IMG/VR virus record: IMGVR_UViG_3300032665_000006
Span: 1 to 64,000 of that record
From: a virus
DNA: 64,000 nt
Direction: 5' to 3' (one strand)
The position numbers and the translations under genes were made by a program. The notes below the pieces were generated by a model, which searched no databases, was not told the DNA's origin, and saw only the letters and a program-made list of their open reading frames with translations. This document shows positions 1-9,708 of this stretch, one piece after another (the first letter of the stretch is position 1; each line of letters starts with the position of its first letter).

Positions 1-3000
1 TACCCGAGATAGCAACCGTTCCACCTACTCCGTTTTGTGTAATTGAATATAATGTTTTGCCAGCACTAGTAATAACTGCCGTACCCGATGTATGTAACCA
101 AGTCCACAACCCCGTACCAGTAGTAAATGTCATACCAGATACTAATGTCAATGATCTGTAGAATGAAAGTGTTATTGTAGCAGGTGTCCAAGTACCAGTA
201 AATCCAGTAAAGTTTAATGCGCCAATAACACTTCCAGTGGTTATAGTAAGAGCATAAGTGCCGGTAGTAATATTAAAATTAAATGCGTTATTACTAGCTC
301 CGCCAGTAGTACCAGCAGTTATAGTAGTAGCGGTAGCACTATTATTTGAAATGTTAACTGTTGGCGTGCCTGTATAAGTTAATCCAGTTGCTGTAGTGGT
401 ATCCCAAGTTGTTAATCCTGGAGTACTAGCGTATGTGTAGGATGGATAATTATTAACATCAAATCCAACTGCTACAAATAATCCTGCGCTATTAACTGCG
501 ATAGAATTTATATTATCTACTACATTTGCTCCATTAAATGAAGTTGGAGTAGTCCAAGTACTGCCATTAGAAGTAGTAGCATATACTCCTACTCCAGTAG
601 TATTTAAATACCCAACAGCCACAAATAATCCAGCACTATTACCTGCAACAGAAGTCATGGTAGTGCCTGTAGTAAATCCATTTATTGAAGCAGGTGTAGT
701 CCAAGTACTGCCATTGGAACTAGTGGCATATACTGGATAACTATTAACATCACGACCAACTGACACAAATAATCCAGCACTATTGACTGTTACAGAATTC
801 ATGATAGCGAATGTAGCTGAGCCATTCATTACAGCTGGTGTAGTCCAAGTACTACCATTGGAACTAGTAGCATACAATGGATAGCCGTTGCTATTAGACC
901 CAACAGCCACAAATAATCCAGCACTATTAACCGTTACAGAATTCATGGCAGCATAAGTAGTTGAGCCATTCATTTTAGCTGGAGTAGTCCAAGTACTGCC
1001 ATTGGAACTAGTAGCATACAATGGATAATTATTAGTATCATATCCAACTGCTACAAATAATCCAGCACTATTAACCGTTACAGATTCCATATAGGCTATT
1101 GTAGATGAGCCATTCATTTTAGCTGGAGTAGTCCAAGTACTGCCATTGGAACTAGTAGCATACAATGGATAATTATTAGTATCATATCCAACTGCTACAA
1201 ATAATCCAGCACTATTAACCGTTACAGATTCCATATAGGCTATTGTAGATGAGCCATTCATTTGCGCTGGTGTAGTCCAAGTACTACCATTGGAACTAGT
1301 AGCATACAATGGATAGCCGTTGCTAGTAGACCCAACAGCCACAAATAATCCTGAACTACTAACTGTTACTCCTGATATGTTCGTAACACCTGTGGTGTTA
1401 CCGTTCATTGCGGCCGGGGTACTAAAACCAAAACTTCCTGAAGTGGTGCCACTTGTTGTTGTAATATTTCCAGTACCAAATGAAATCGAACGAGTATTAC
1501 TATTATTTGAACTAAATGCTCCAGTACTTAAAGTATAATTGCCTGTGCTACCATTGGTTAAATCTAGTATTCCAGAAGTTAGTGTAAATGTATTTGTTGA
1601 TCCTAGTGTTATATTACTAGCTAATATTAATCCAGCATTAGCAGTTATATTACAAGAAAATGTTGTACTTGGGGCTGCAATTGTACTACTAGCATTAATA
1701 GTTAATAACCCAGTAGCACTCCAAGTAGTTGTACTGGATAATGTAATATTACCAGATACTGTTAATGTACCTGTTGAAGTAAATGTACAAGTAGCACCAG
1801 TAGTTGTTAAAGTGGCACAAACTGGACTGCCGCTTAATGTTATAGTTGGTGAACCAGAGTTGCCATCTACAATAACAACATCTAAACTAGTTGGCGGACT
1901 TGATCCGCCTGTTCCACCTGAACTTGTTGACCAGTTGGTTGTAGTTGATGTGTCCCATGTTCCATTGCCGCCAACCCAGTATAATGTTCTTGAAGCGTTA
2001 GGTACATAGGTAAGAACAACAATACCAGCTCCGGCTGTACCTCCAGTACTACTACCAGCTCCGCCTGTACCGCCACCATAATTGCCACCAACACCGCCCG
2101 ACGAACCCGCATTAGCACCGCCACCACCACCGCCACCTGGTCCTGCTGTAGCACTATTTGATGTTTGTGTCCATACATTTCCAGTAGAACCAGCGCCACC
2201 ACCGTAATTACTTCCAGAAGCATAGCCACCACCACCGCCACCTCCATTGGCAGGAGCAGTTGTAGCATTTGGTGGATTACTAGCAGTTCCTCCAGAGCCG
2301 CCGGTTTGGGTAGCACTTGCTCCGCCTGTACCGCCTGTAGTACCAGTAGTTACAGATGCTCCATATGTTCCTGGAATTCCTAATGCTCCAGAACCGCCAC
2401 CGCCGCCACCTAGATTGGCTGCTGTAGTGCCGCCAGAGCCGCCTATACCACCAGGTCCACCGGCGCCACCTCCGCCGCCACCATAACCAGTTGCACCGCC
2501 GCCACCTGCTCCTCCAGCAAAAGTTATAGTACCAATCGAACCAACACCACCGCCAGCTCCGCCGTTTGTAGCAGAACTAGCAGCACCACCGCCTATTGCC
2601 AATACGCCAGTAGTACTAGAAACAGGTGCTGCGTTTGAAGTATTAAACCATGTATTGCCTCCAGCAGTTCCGCTACTGCCGCCAGCGCCAATATTTACAT
2701 AAACAGTAGTATTAGGTGTAAGTCCTGTGATAGCACTTGAATATGCGTATGCTCCGCCACCAGAGCCAGCAGTATTAGCTGGAGAACTACCACCGCCACC
2801 AATAGCTTCAACTGAAACTAATGTGCTAAAATCTACTGGTATAGTATATGTTGTACCCGAAGTAATAAAAACTGTTTTAGTGGTTAAGGGAGTATAAGTG
2901 AGAATTAAAACTCCAGCACCACCAGCGATGGTTCCTGTAGTGCCACAGCCGCCGGCTCCGCCGCCTGGAAATCCGCCAAGTCCACCACTATTATATCCAC

Positions 3001-3718
3001 CACCTCCACCGCCACCTGGACCAAGTGTTCCGCCAAAAGTAGACGTCCATACAGCAACACCAGTCGCGCCTGCGCCACCATTATTATTATACGATCCGCC
3101 GCCGCCTGCTCCAGTATTTGGTGTTCCATCACCACCGCCACCAGCCCCTATCGTTCCAGCGCCTCCGCCTGTGCCACCAGTGCCATTAGCTCCATTGCCT
3201 GGACTTGCTTGCGTAGCATTTACTCCAGCAGAAGATGCGCTTGCTCCGCTACCGCCACCGCCTGTATAACTGCCACCATCATTTGCGCCATTACCGCCTA
3301 CACCACCAGGACCGGCTGCTCCACCGCCACCACCTCCATCATTACTTGATGAAGTTCCACCAGTGCCACCACTAAAAGCACCAGTAGATGGAATACAGTT
3401 AGCCGCTTGACCACCTTGACCATTACTATTTCCAGCTTTAGCTAAAATACCTTGAGAAGTAAGAGTAGGAGCGGCGTTGGCAGAAATATTAAGCCAAGTA
3501 TCTTTGTTTACACCAACACTAATGTTAGCTGTTTGACCAGCCGTAAGTGTTAAACCGGATGTAAGTTTAGCATATGATCCGCCACCGCCGCCAACTCCTC
3601 CATTAGAAGTGGTGCCATTACCGCCAGCACCAATAGCTTCAAGCGATACAAGTGTACCAAAGTTTGCTGGTATAGTATATGTTGTGCCTGAGGTAATGAA
3701 GACGACTTTATTTGTCAT
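1..3718 (-). CDS. Long Gly-rich tail-fibre/adhesin-like protein (3' end beyond window; absent from ORF track)
   Basis: ATG at 3718 (MTNKVVFITSGTTYTIPANFG...). The same frame reads sensibly at position 2 (...ITSAGKTLYSITQNGVGGTVAISG). Two Gly-rich domains, a YWVGGNGTWD beta-helix-like region and 7 GLFVAVG propeller repeats. A TAAATA promoter lies upstream. Confidence 0.85.
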   Translation of the reverse strand, partial: MTNKVVFITSGTTYTIPANFGTLVSLEAIGAGGNGTTSNGGVGGGGGSYAKLTSGLTLTAGQTANISVGVNKDTWLNISANAAPTLTSQGILAKAGNSNGQGGQAANCIPSTGAFSGGTGGTSSSNDGGGGGGAAGPGGVGGNGANDGGSYTGGGGSGASASSAGVNATQASPGNGANGTGGTGGGAGTIGAGGGGDGTPNTGAGGGGSYNNNGGAGATGVAVWTSTFGGTLGPGGGGGGGYNSGGLGGFPGGGAGGCGTTGTIAGGAGVLILTYTPLTTKTVFITSGTTYTIPVDFSTLVSVEAIGGGGSSPANTAGSGGGAYAYSSAITGLTPNTTVYVNIGAGGSSGTAGGNTWFNTSNAAPVSSTTGVLAIGGGAASSATNGGAGGGVGSIGTITFAGGAGGGGATGYGGGGGGAGGPGGIGGSGGTTAANLGGGGGGSGALGIPGTYGASVTTGTTGGTGGASATQTGGSGGTASNPPNATTAPANGGGGGGGYASGSNYGGGAGSTGNVWTQTSNSATAGPGGGGGGGANAGSSGGVGGNYGGGTGGAGSSTGGTAGAGIVVLTYVPNASRTLYWVGGNGTWDTSTTTNWSTSSGGTGGSSPPTSLDVVIVDGNSGSPTITLSGSPVCATLTTTGATCTFTSTGTLTVSGNITLSSTTTWSATGLLTINASSTIAAPSTTFSCNITANAGLILASNITLGSTNTFTLTSGILDLTNGSTGNYTLSTGAFSSNNSNTRSISFGTGNITTTSGTTSGSFGFSTPAAMNGNTTGVTNISGVTVSSSGLFVAVGSTSNGYPLYATSSNGSTWTTPAQMNGSSTIAYMESVTVNSAGLFVAVGYDTNNYPLYATSSNGSTWTTPAKMNGSSTIAYMESVTVNSAGLFVAVGYDTNNYPLYATSSNGSTWTTPAKMNGSTTYAAMNSVTVNSAGLFVAVGSNSNGYPLYATSSNGSTWTTPAVMNGSATFAIMNSVTVNSAGLFVSVGRDVNSYPVYATSSNGSTWTTPASINGFTTGTTMTSVAGNSAGLFVAVGYLNTTGVGVYATTSNGSTWTTPTSFNGANVVDNINSIAVNSAGLFVAVGFDVNNYPSYTYASTPGLTTWDTTTATGLTYTGTPTVNISNNSATATTITAGTTGGASNNAFNFNITTGTYALTITTGSVIGALNFTGFTGTWTPATITLSFYRSLTLVSGMTFTTGTGLWTWLHTSGTAVITSAGKTLYSITQNGVGGTVAISG
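430..1440 (-). repeat. Seven ~144-bp (48-aa) tandem repeats, probable 7-bladed beta-propeller
   Basis: ACAAATAATCC (GLFV) recurs near 475, 621, 765, 909, 1053, 1197 and 1341. Unit resembles YPLYATSSNGSTWTTPAKMNGSSTIAYMESVTVNSAGLFVAVGYDTNN, with an Asp-box-like SSNGSTW. 962-1119 is identical to 1106-1263. Confidence 0.9.
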
Positions 3719-3742
3719 TAGAATGCCTTAAAATATTTAATA

Positions 3743-3749
3743 TATTTAG
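3743..3749 (-). promoter_or_regulatory. T4-type late promoter (CTAAATA) for the fibre gene
   Basis: Variant of the gp55 TATAAATA box about 25 nt upstream of ATG 3718. Confidence 0.6.
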
Positions 3750-3765
3750 TTAAGTTCAATAGTCA

Positions 3766-3789
3766 ACAAAAAAGCACCTTACGGTGCTT
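3766..3789 (-). terminator. Rho-independent terminator
   Basis: AAGCACC-GTAA-GGTGCTT followed by a T-run on the minus strand (GNRA loop). Confidence 0.8.
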
Positions 3790-3934
3790 AATTGTTTTAT
3801 TATTACTAGGTTTTACCGACCCACCAGCTTAATTTTATACTCAACTAAGTCATGAGTGCGTATTGCTATTATTATTTAGTGGGTAGTTAATGGTGTGATA
3901 GATTTTTACAGTTGATGCCGTGCCAGCGAGCGTA

Positions 3935-4771
3935 TTAGCTGTCGCACCACCAATCAGTACCATCGGTAGTAAGGCCGCAGTCGGGAGAGAAAAAGTCTAC
4001 TTCTGCTTCTTTAGCAAAAAACTCTTTGACTTTTTCGCCCACTACACTAAAACAAAACTGATTAGTTTCAGAATCTTTAATCCACTGTTTGTATTCTAGA
4101 GTATCATTTTCCATAGGTGAACCTGCCGGAGGATACGGACCCCACACATCTTCAAACATAGTCATATCTACCGACTCGTATAATTCTCTACAGTCCATGT
4201 AGGGTGGTTTGAACAAATCGTATTTTTTGTTTGTCCAGCAGTCGGGCTGATTATAGAAAGCTTCTACTTTTCTATCTAAATAATCAGACTTAAAATAAAC
4301 ATACAGCATTTCGTTATGGCTGTTTTTATAGTAAATGCGATAGATATTATTATCGTGTAGTTGCCCTTCTTCGGGCTTGTACCAATTTGAAATATACGGG
4401 TTTACCCATTTGTAATCTTTTGTTTGTACAATCATAAGATTGACATCAACAAATTCAAATTCTAACTTAGGTCGCAGATGAAATATTTTCATTTCTTCCT
4501 CATATTCTTCTTTAGTGTATTCTTCCGAATATAAGTAGTATCCTTCGCGGCCCCAATGTAGCTGACAAGCTGGACTACCTTCGCGATGAATAAATCCGTA
4601 TTTGCCCCACCATCTGTTACCAGCACGGGTTACGCTGTAGTTTGAACCGTCAGCAAATATTATTTTACGTTGGGCTTTGTTTAGTTCGCCTTTGAGCACT
4701 CGCATAAGATATTTTTTATCGTTAGCGGCATACTCATTAAAGTTTTCGTAAACTACTGATTTCTTAGCCAT
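3935..4771 (-). CDS. Hypothetical protein with an HRxxGPA-like motif (probable start MAKKSVV at 4771)
   Basis: ORF 3935..4810. The longer TTG start overlaps the -10 box, so ATG 4771 is preferred. IHREGSPA resembles the HREDGPA repeat of large-virus hypotheticals. Confidence 0.7.
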   Translation of the reverse strand: MAKKSVVYENFNEYAANDKKYLMRVLKGELNKAQRKIIFADGSNYSVTRAGNRWWGKYGFIHREGSPACQLHWGREGYYLYSEEYTKEEYEEEMKIFHLRPKLEFEFVDVNLMIVQTKDYKWVNPYISNWYKPEEGQLHDNNIYRIYYKNSHNEMLYVYFKSDYLDRKVEAFYNQPDCWTNKKYDLFKPPYMDCRELYESVDMTMFEDVWGPYPPAGSPMENDTLEYKQWIKDSETNQFCFSVVGEKVKEFFAKEAEVDFFSPDCGLTTDGTDWWCDS

Positions 4772-4800
4772 TATGATACCAAAGTTGTTATTGATATTAC

Positions 4801-4829
4801 ATTGTAGCACAAATACAACAAAAAGTCAA
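4801..4829 (-). promoter_or_regulatory. Sigma70-type early promoter
   Basis: TTGACT-17 nt-TACAAT with TG extension. Confidence 0.75.
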
Positions 4830-4830
4830 C

Positions 4831-5556
4831 CTATTTCGATAATTGTTTACAGTTTGGACCGTGATTGTACATTTTGAAGTGGCTTTCGCGCATAGTTTTG
4901 CCGCAACCGCAAGTTAGTATGACCTTATTTTTCTCTTTGGTGGCCGCAATAGCATCTTTTTGTTCTTGCAACATTGGTACACCTTTATTTTTGGCAGGTT
5001 TACCTTTTTTAGCTTTACTAATGTTTTCAGCTCGCTCTTTAGTACATGGTCCGTACATCGGGTTGTTTGCTCCGCTGTTTGCTTTGGAGTTTGCTTTTCG
5101 ATGTTCTTCGGTTTGTTTACGACCTTTATTTTTTCCAATATTGCTTTCTCTTAGCTTTTGTTTGTGTTCTTTAGTTTTAGGTTTATCTTTGTGTGTTTCA
5201 CTAATCTTTTTAGATCCAGCTTCTGTTAATATTTTTTTACCAGCAACGTTGCCGTTCATCCATACGTCTTGTCGCTCTAATACTTTGCTACGAGTTAGTA
5301 CTCTTGTTTCCCAGTTAGCCATTTCTTCTACAGTATCAAATGTTCTGCGTATTTCATAATCGAACGCATCTTTGCCTTCTTGTTCTATAATATTGTTAAT
5401 ATTTTCACTACTTGTTGTGTAGTGTTTCCAAAAATCTTCAGCCGGAGTCCTGTTAAGTTTAGTGTAGTTTTTACATCTACTACCGTAATATGCTTTACCA
5501 GTAGATTTGTGTTTAACAACATAGGTATAAGGTTTTATTTTGTTTAGTTCTTTCAT
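4831..5556 (-). CDS. GIY-YIG homing endonuclease with NUMOD3-like repeats, downstream of gp23 (position of T4 segD)
   Basis: YTYVV...AYYGSR, conserved E (NWETR) and N, and basic repeats (KTKEHKQKLRES, GANNPMYG). Start placed at ATG 5556, 5 nt after GATAAATA. Confidence 0.85.
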   Translation of the reverse strand: MKELNKIKPYTYVVKHKSTGKAYYGSRCKNYTKLNRTPAEDFWKHYTTSSENINNIIEQEGKDAFDYEIRRTFDTVEEMANWETRVLTRSKVLERQDVWMNGNVAGKKILTEAGSKKISETHKDKPKTKEHKQKLRESNIGKNKGRKQTEEHRKANSKANSGANNPMYGPCTKERAENISKAKKGKPAKNKGVPMLQEQKDAIAATKEKNKVILTCGCGKTMRESHFKMYNHGPNCKQLSK

Positions 5557-5600
5557 ACAAATATTTATCTGTACCGCAACATCGCTATAAATTTTAGTCA

Positions 5601-5627
5601 ACAAAAAAGCTCCTTGCGGAGCTTTCT
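5601..5627 (-). terminator. Rho-independent terminator of the head operon
   Basis: AAAGCTCC-GCAA-GGAGCTTT followed by a T-run, downstream of gp23. Confidence 0.85.
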
Positions 5628-5674
5628 TGCTTGTTGCTTTGCGTTTGAAACGCAGTACAAAATATCTTTCTGGA

Positions 5675-6871
5675 TTAAGAGAATGATAAGTTTTGCACGG
5701 CTATCTCTCCAACATAATCGGCCGCATTACCGAAAGACGATGCTGTGTTAGTCAATTCGACGAATCCGTAGCGTGTCATGAAACTTACTACTGGCTCAAA
5801 TGTACTTGGATCCAATACAACACCAGAACTCATCAATGGAATGTATGGGCAATAGAACGCAGCGGCATCAGCCTCTGAAGAACCTTTGTAACCAACTAAC
5901 ACTGATTGTGTATCTGGAGCATAGCTGTTTACGAATACACGTAAAGAACCGTTCAATGTACCAACAAACTTAGTGTTTGTAGGTGCTTCGAATGTACCTT
6001 CTGTTGTACGAGCAAAAGCTGATGTTGTAGCAGATTGTAATACTGTTAAAGCAGCTGAAGAAACAACAGCCCAGTTACCAGCGCCACGACGTGTGCGTTG
6101 AGCGATCAAGTTAGCAACACGATTGATAAGAACAGCTAAAGCAGCGTGTTCGTCACCAACGAATGTAGCAGTACCAGATACAGTAGCTTGGTTGTATGTG
6201 TACTCAGTTGCAGCCAATGAACTTAAAGATAATAAAATCTCTTGGTCGATTTCAGCTGTGATTTCTTGAGCTAAAGCAGCCATAATTTCTGCTTCAACAT
6301 CAATACCGTGCATAGCTTGAGCATCTTGTGCAGATTCAAATGTCCAACGAGCTTGTAACTTGCGTGTCTTTGCTTCAACAGCTTGTTTCAAGATTTGGAT
6401 ACTGATCTGCTTACCGCCTGTACCTTCCATAGTCGCTGTATTGTTACCAGTATAACCAGTAGCAGTAGTAGTGTTCTGTGGAACTGTAGAGTACGCTGTA
6501 GCAATGGTGAATGGGCTTAACGCTTCTTGACCAGCTGTTACAGATGTTGCAGCTAAACTATTATCAGTCAATGACTGAGCATAGCGTACACGTAATGTGT
6601 GGATTTGGGATACTGGGCCAGTCATTGGCTGTACACCAACCAACTCGTTAGCGATAACGGTTGGCATTACACGACGGATTACTGGGAGAATAACACGATT
6701 CAAAGTAGCGATATTACCACTAGCTGTTGAACCACTTGTTGCGTTCTCTTTCAAATACTTGCGTGTATTTTCGAGGATTACTGCCATTGAATTGCGCTTT
6801 GATCCGCCTAAGCCTTCAAGCAACGCATCTTTGGTTTCGCCCCAACGGCTTTCTAATAAATCTTGTGACAT
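5675..6871 (-). CDS. gp23: Major capsid protein, T4 gp23 family
   Basis: ILPVIRRVMPTVIANELVGVQPMTGP, AKTRKLQARWT, AFYCPYIPL, FMTRYG; GGAG RBS. Confidence 0.97.
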   Translation of the reverse strand: MSQDLLESRWGETKDALLEGLGGSKRNSMAVILENTRKYLKENATSGSTASGNIATLNRVILPVIRRVMPTVIANELVGVQPMTGPVSQIHTLRVRYAQSLTDNSLAATSVTAGQEALSPFTIATAYSTVPQNTTTATGYTGNNTATMEGTGGKQISIQILKQAVEAKTRKLQARWTFESAQDAQAMHGIDVEAEIMAALAQEITAEIDQEILLSLSSLAATEYTYNQATVSGTATFVGDEHAALAVLINRVANLIAQRTRRGAGNWAVVSSAALTVLQSATTSAFARTTEGTFEAPTNTKFVGTLNGSLRVFVNSYAPDTQSVLVGYKGSSEADAAAFYCPYIPLMSSGVVLDPSTFEPVVSFMTRYGFVELTNTASSFGNAADYVGEIAVQNLSFS

Positions 6872-6898
6872 TTAAGTCTCCTTTTTCTAATTTCTTTT

Positions 6899-7996
6899 TT
6901 ACAGCCCTGCCAAACGCTTTAAGTCGATGACATTGCTTTCGCTTTGCTCATCTTGCTCTTGGCTACGGGCAGATTTATCACCAGTTACTTCGGATAATGA
7001 TTCTGTAATTACTGGTTTAGTAGCTTTTACTGAACGATTTTCCAAAACGGCTGGAAGATACTTTTCGAATGCGTTTTTCAAACGAGGTGTTTGAACGCTT
7101 TCGAGTAAATTACGCATTACTTCTGCTTTCTCTTCGTTAAGAGGAGATAACAATTCATCCATTGTGCGTGAACGCTCATTGGACTCTTTAAGGATGCGTA
7201 CTTCACGTTCCTTGGATTCAACTAAGACAGTTGCCTTCTTAGCGAATTTGATGGCTTCAGCAATCTTCTGATCTTTCTGAGCAATAATGTCATGTAACTG
7301 ACGAACTTCCGCTTTCTCATTTAAATGAGTTGCGCCAAATTCTGCACTATATGCTTCAAAAATACGACGTCCAAAATTGTTCTCGCGAGCAACTTGGATA
7401 TCTTCTTTCAATTGACTGAGTTCAGCCTTGAGATGCTTAGTAACAGCACGTGTCATCTTGTCAGCAGATTCTTTTACAAATCGTGCTTTTAAGCCTTCTA
7501 ACTGTTGGCGAGCATTTGTAACTAAACGAACTTTAGTTTCAACTACATCACGCTTGTCAGCGGCAAATTCTTGGATTTCACGAGCTAACGCATGAACGAT
7601 GAAACCTTCCAATTTCTGGAGGCCTTCGTTATGTGTTTTGCGGTCTTTACGCAATTCGCCAATTTCTTCTGCTAATTTAGAAACCATGAAGCTATTAAAC
7701 TTCTGTGTGTCTTCTTTAATTTTGCGTTGGAATTTAACGCGATCTTCAGCAAGCGCAGCTTTTTCAGCTTTGATTTGTTGAACTTCGGCGATAAGACTTT
7801 CTGATACCATGCGATCAAGGGCTTCGACCATCACTGTTTTGTCATGCTCATAGCGTTGTGCAAACTCTTCGCGGAGTTCTGCACGTGCGGCTTCCTTGGC
7901 TTCAATTAACTTGGCTTCCCATGCTTCATTGATTTCTTGCTTTGCGTCCTCGGTAACCAGCTCACTATCTAATAACGGCTTTAGTGCGTCTAGCAT
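6899..7996 (-). CDS. gp22: Prohead core/scaffold protein, gp22-like
   Basis: Coiled-coil protein between protease and capsid, C-terminal LKRLAGL. Likely start MLDALKPL after a GAAGG RBS. Confidence 0.88.
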   Translation of the reverse strand: MLDALKPLLDSELVTEDAKQEINEAWEAKLIEAKEAARAELREEFAQRYEHDKTVMVEALDRMVSESLIAEVQQIKAEKAALAEDRVKFQRKIKEDTQKFNSFMVSKLAEEIGELRKDRKTHNEGLQKLEGFIVHALAREIQEFAADKRDVVETKVRLVTNARQQLEGLKARFVKESADKMTRAVTKHLKAELSQLKEDIQVARENNFGRRIFEAYSAEFGATHLNEKAEVRQLHDIIAQKDQKIAEAIKFAKKATVLVESKEREVRILKESNERSRTMDELLSPLNEEKAEVMRNLLESVQTPRLKNAFEKYLPAVLENRSVKATKPVITESLSEVTGDKSARSQEQDEQSESNVIDLKRLAGL

Positions 7997-7997
7997 T

Positions 7998-8651
7998 TTA
8001 TTTCCCTTCAATCTTAAGACTACGTATTAAACGAATTACTTCGCTTTGTACGTATCTTTGTGCTTTATTGCTCTTAGCTGGATCCTTATACATATCCAAT
8101 AAGCGTTGTCCGCCGGCATGATTTAACAAACCTTCGTAAATTGCTGTTGGGTAAGCATTTGGAGCACTTGGCTGAGCAACTACATCAACAGTAACTATTT
8201 CAAAGTCACTGACGTGTCCATTAGCGTCGTTTACATTTCCTGATCCACGACTACTAACACCTAGTTTCACACCGCTGTCTAACATAGTCTTAACTAGTTG
8301 ACCCATTGGTGTAGGTAATATCTTTAACTTGCCATAACCGCAAGGACCATCCATCCACATATTTTCAATCATATGTGAAACGCGATCTAAATTAATTTTC
8401 AAATCATCTGGATGGTCTACTTCACCTAATACAGAATGACCTGTTTTGATTTGTTCGTTGATAGTGCCTACTGCTTTAGCAATTTCATGTACCGGATATA
8501 CACGCTCGTTAGCGTTTCTAACGCCACCCTCGATGCAAATACCCTTCATATAAAGAGTCTTGCCGGATCCATCCGCAGCTTCCTCAGACTCTAATACTAC
8601 TCGAGCCTGAGTAAAGCTAAGATGTTCCTTGAGATAAGTGTTGCGAGCCAT
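7998..8651 (-). CDS. gp21: Prohead protease, T4 gp21 family
   Basis: NANERVYP, GEVDHP, RVSHMI, GVSSRGSG, DVVAQPSAP. Confidence 0.96.
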   Translation of the reverse strand: MARNTYLKEHLSFTQARVVLESEEAADGSGKTLYMKGICIEGGVRNANERVYPVHEIAKAVGTINEQIKTGHSVLGEVDHPDDLKINLDRVSHMIENMWMDGPCGYGKLKILPTPMGQLVKTMLDSGVKLGVSSRGSGNVNDANGHVSDFEIVTVDVVAQPSAPNAYPTAIYEGLLNHAGGQRLLDMYKDPAKSNKAQRYVQSEVIRLIRSLKIEGK

Positions 8652-8660
8652 ATCTATGGA

Positions 8661-9611
8661 TTAACCTTTTGGAAAAGGTGTGCGTGTGTTAACACCAGTT
8701 GCTTGGGCCAAATGTGGCTTAGTTGCTGGTTCTTGCTTGCTACCGTCTTTTGCTGGGACGTTTTTAAACTTGTTTGCGCCTGGAAGATCGCCACGACCTT
8801 TGTCAGCATAACTTGTTGGAGCTTTGTAAGCGGATGTGCCATCTGGATTAGCTTCGGCAGCTACATTGCGTACTGGAGCACCTTGCATTCCGGCTGCGCC
8901 AGAATTGAAAGCTGTTGTTGAACGCTTGTTTACAAAACTTGGCTCTGTTGTTTCTGGTTTTGGAGCTGCTTGTAAGCTAATATTTTCGCTCATCGGCACA
9001 TCTTGGAATTCAGATGTATCATCATCCATATAAGCGTCGCCGCCTACTTCACCGTCAACTGGCTCCATATCGAAACCATCTTCGTCGCCATCAACTTCTG
9101 CTTCGTCGCCCATAAGAGCTTCAAATTCAGCCATTAATTCGTCTAATTTATCTTCTAAATCAACAACGCGATCTTCGATATCTTCTTCGCCATCATGTCC
9201 AGCTTCGATATCGTGTGTTAAATCTTCGCCATCTTCTTCTGCTTCGTCGTCGAATTCTGCTGTAGACTCTTCTTCGCCTTCTTGCATTCCTTCTTCTTCT
9301 GTTTCAACTTCGCGCATTAAATCTTGGCTAGCTGACCCGGAAGTTTCGCCCATATCTTCTTCAATAGACTCTTCTTCTTCTTCCATACCTTCGTCAGCAC
9401 GATCTTTCTTGTCATCATACTCGATGTCTTTAGCAACTTTTTTACCTGCTTTTTCAGCGTGATCGTCTTCTTCAGCATCAGACTCTTCGTTCATTAAATT
9501 CTCATAGATTTCGCGTGATTTCTCAACTACGATATCATGGAATAATTCTTTGGCTTTCGCCTCTTCATCGTTAATTACATATTCAATTAACTGTTCAAAT
9601 TTCGATGTCAT
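8661..9611 (-). CDS. Highly acidic prohead core/internal protein
   Basis: E/D-rich, sits between portal and protease (gp67/68 position); AGGAG RBS and GTAAATA upstream. Confidence 0.75.
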   Translation of the reverse strand: MTSKFEQLIEYVINDEEAKAKELFHDIVVEKSREIYENLMNEESDAEEDDHAEKAGKKVAKDIEYDDKKDRADEGMEEEEESIEEDMGETSGSASQDLMREVETEEEGMQEGEEESTAEFDDEAEEDGEDLTHDIEAGHDGEEDIEDRVVDLEDKLDELMAEFEALMGDEAEVDGDEDGFDMEPVDGEVGGDAYMDDDTSEFQDVPMSENISLQAAPKPETTEPSFVNKRSTTAFNSGAAGMQGAPVRNVAAEANPDGTSAYKAPTSYADKGRGDLPGANKFKNVPAKDGSKQEPATKPHLAQATGVNTRTPFPKG

Positions 9612-9708
9612 TTAATTCTCCTTTAGAATGGCTCGTAAATTTATTTACTAAAGAAGATTAATATTAGTGTATTATGGGGAGAAATATGGGTATTTTATGT
9701 AATTTTTA

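Noticed and set aside
430-1440. Possible CRISPR array or DGR template/variable repeat
   Set aside because: Repeats are in-frame coding units without spacers; no adenine-specific variation and no reverse transcriptase or cas gene in the window
1320-3269. Pro/Val-rich plus-strand ORFs and alternate-frame minus ORFs (1882..2316, 2905..3141)
   Set aside because: Shadows of the Gly/Thr-rich fibre gene; GGN runs give CCN on the other strand and stop-poor alternate frames
4865-5359. Hydrophobic 164-aa plus-strand ORF (similar cases at 11768, 12064 and 22094)
   Set aside because: Antisense to Lys-rich endonucleases, where AAA reads as TTT; no RBS or promoter
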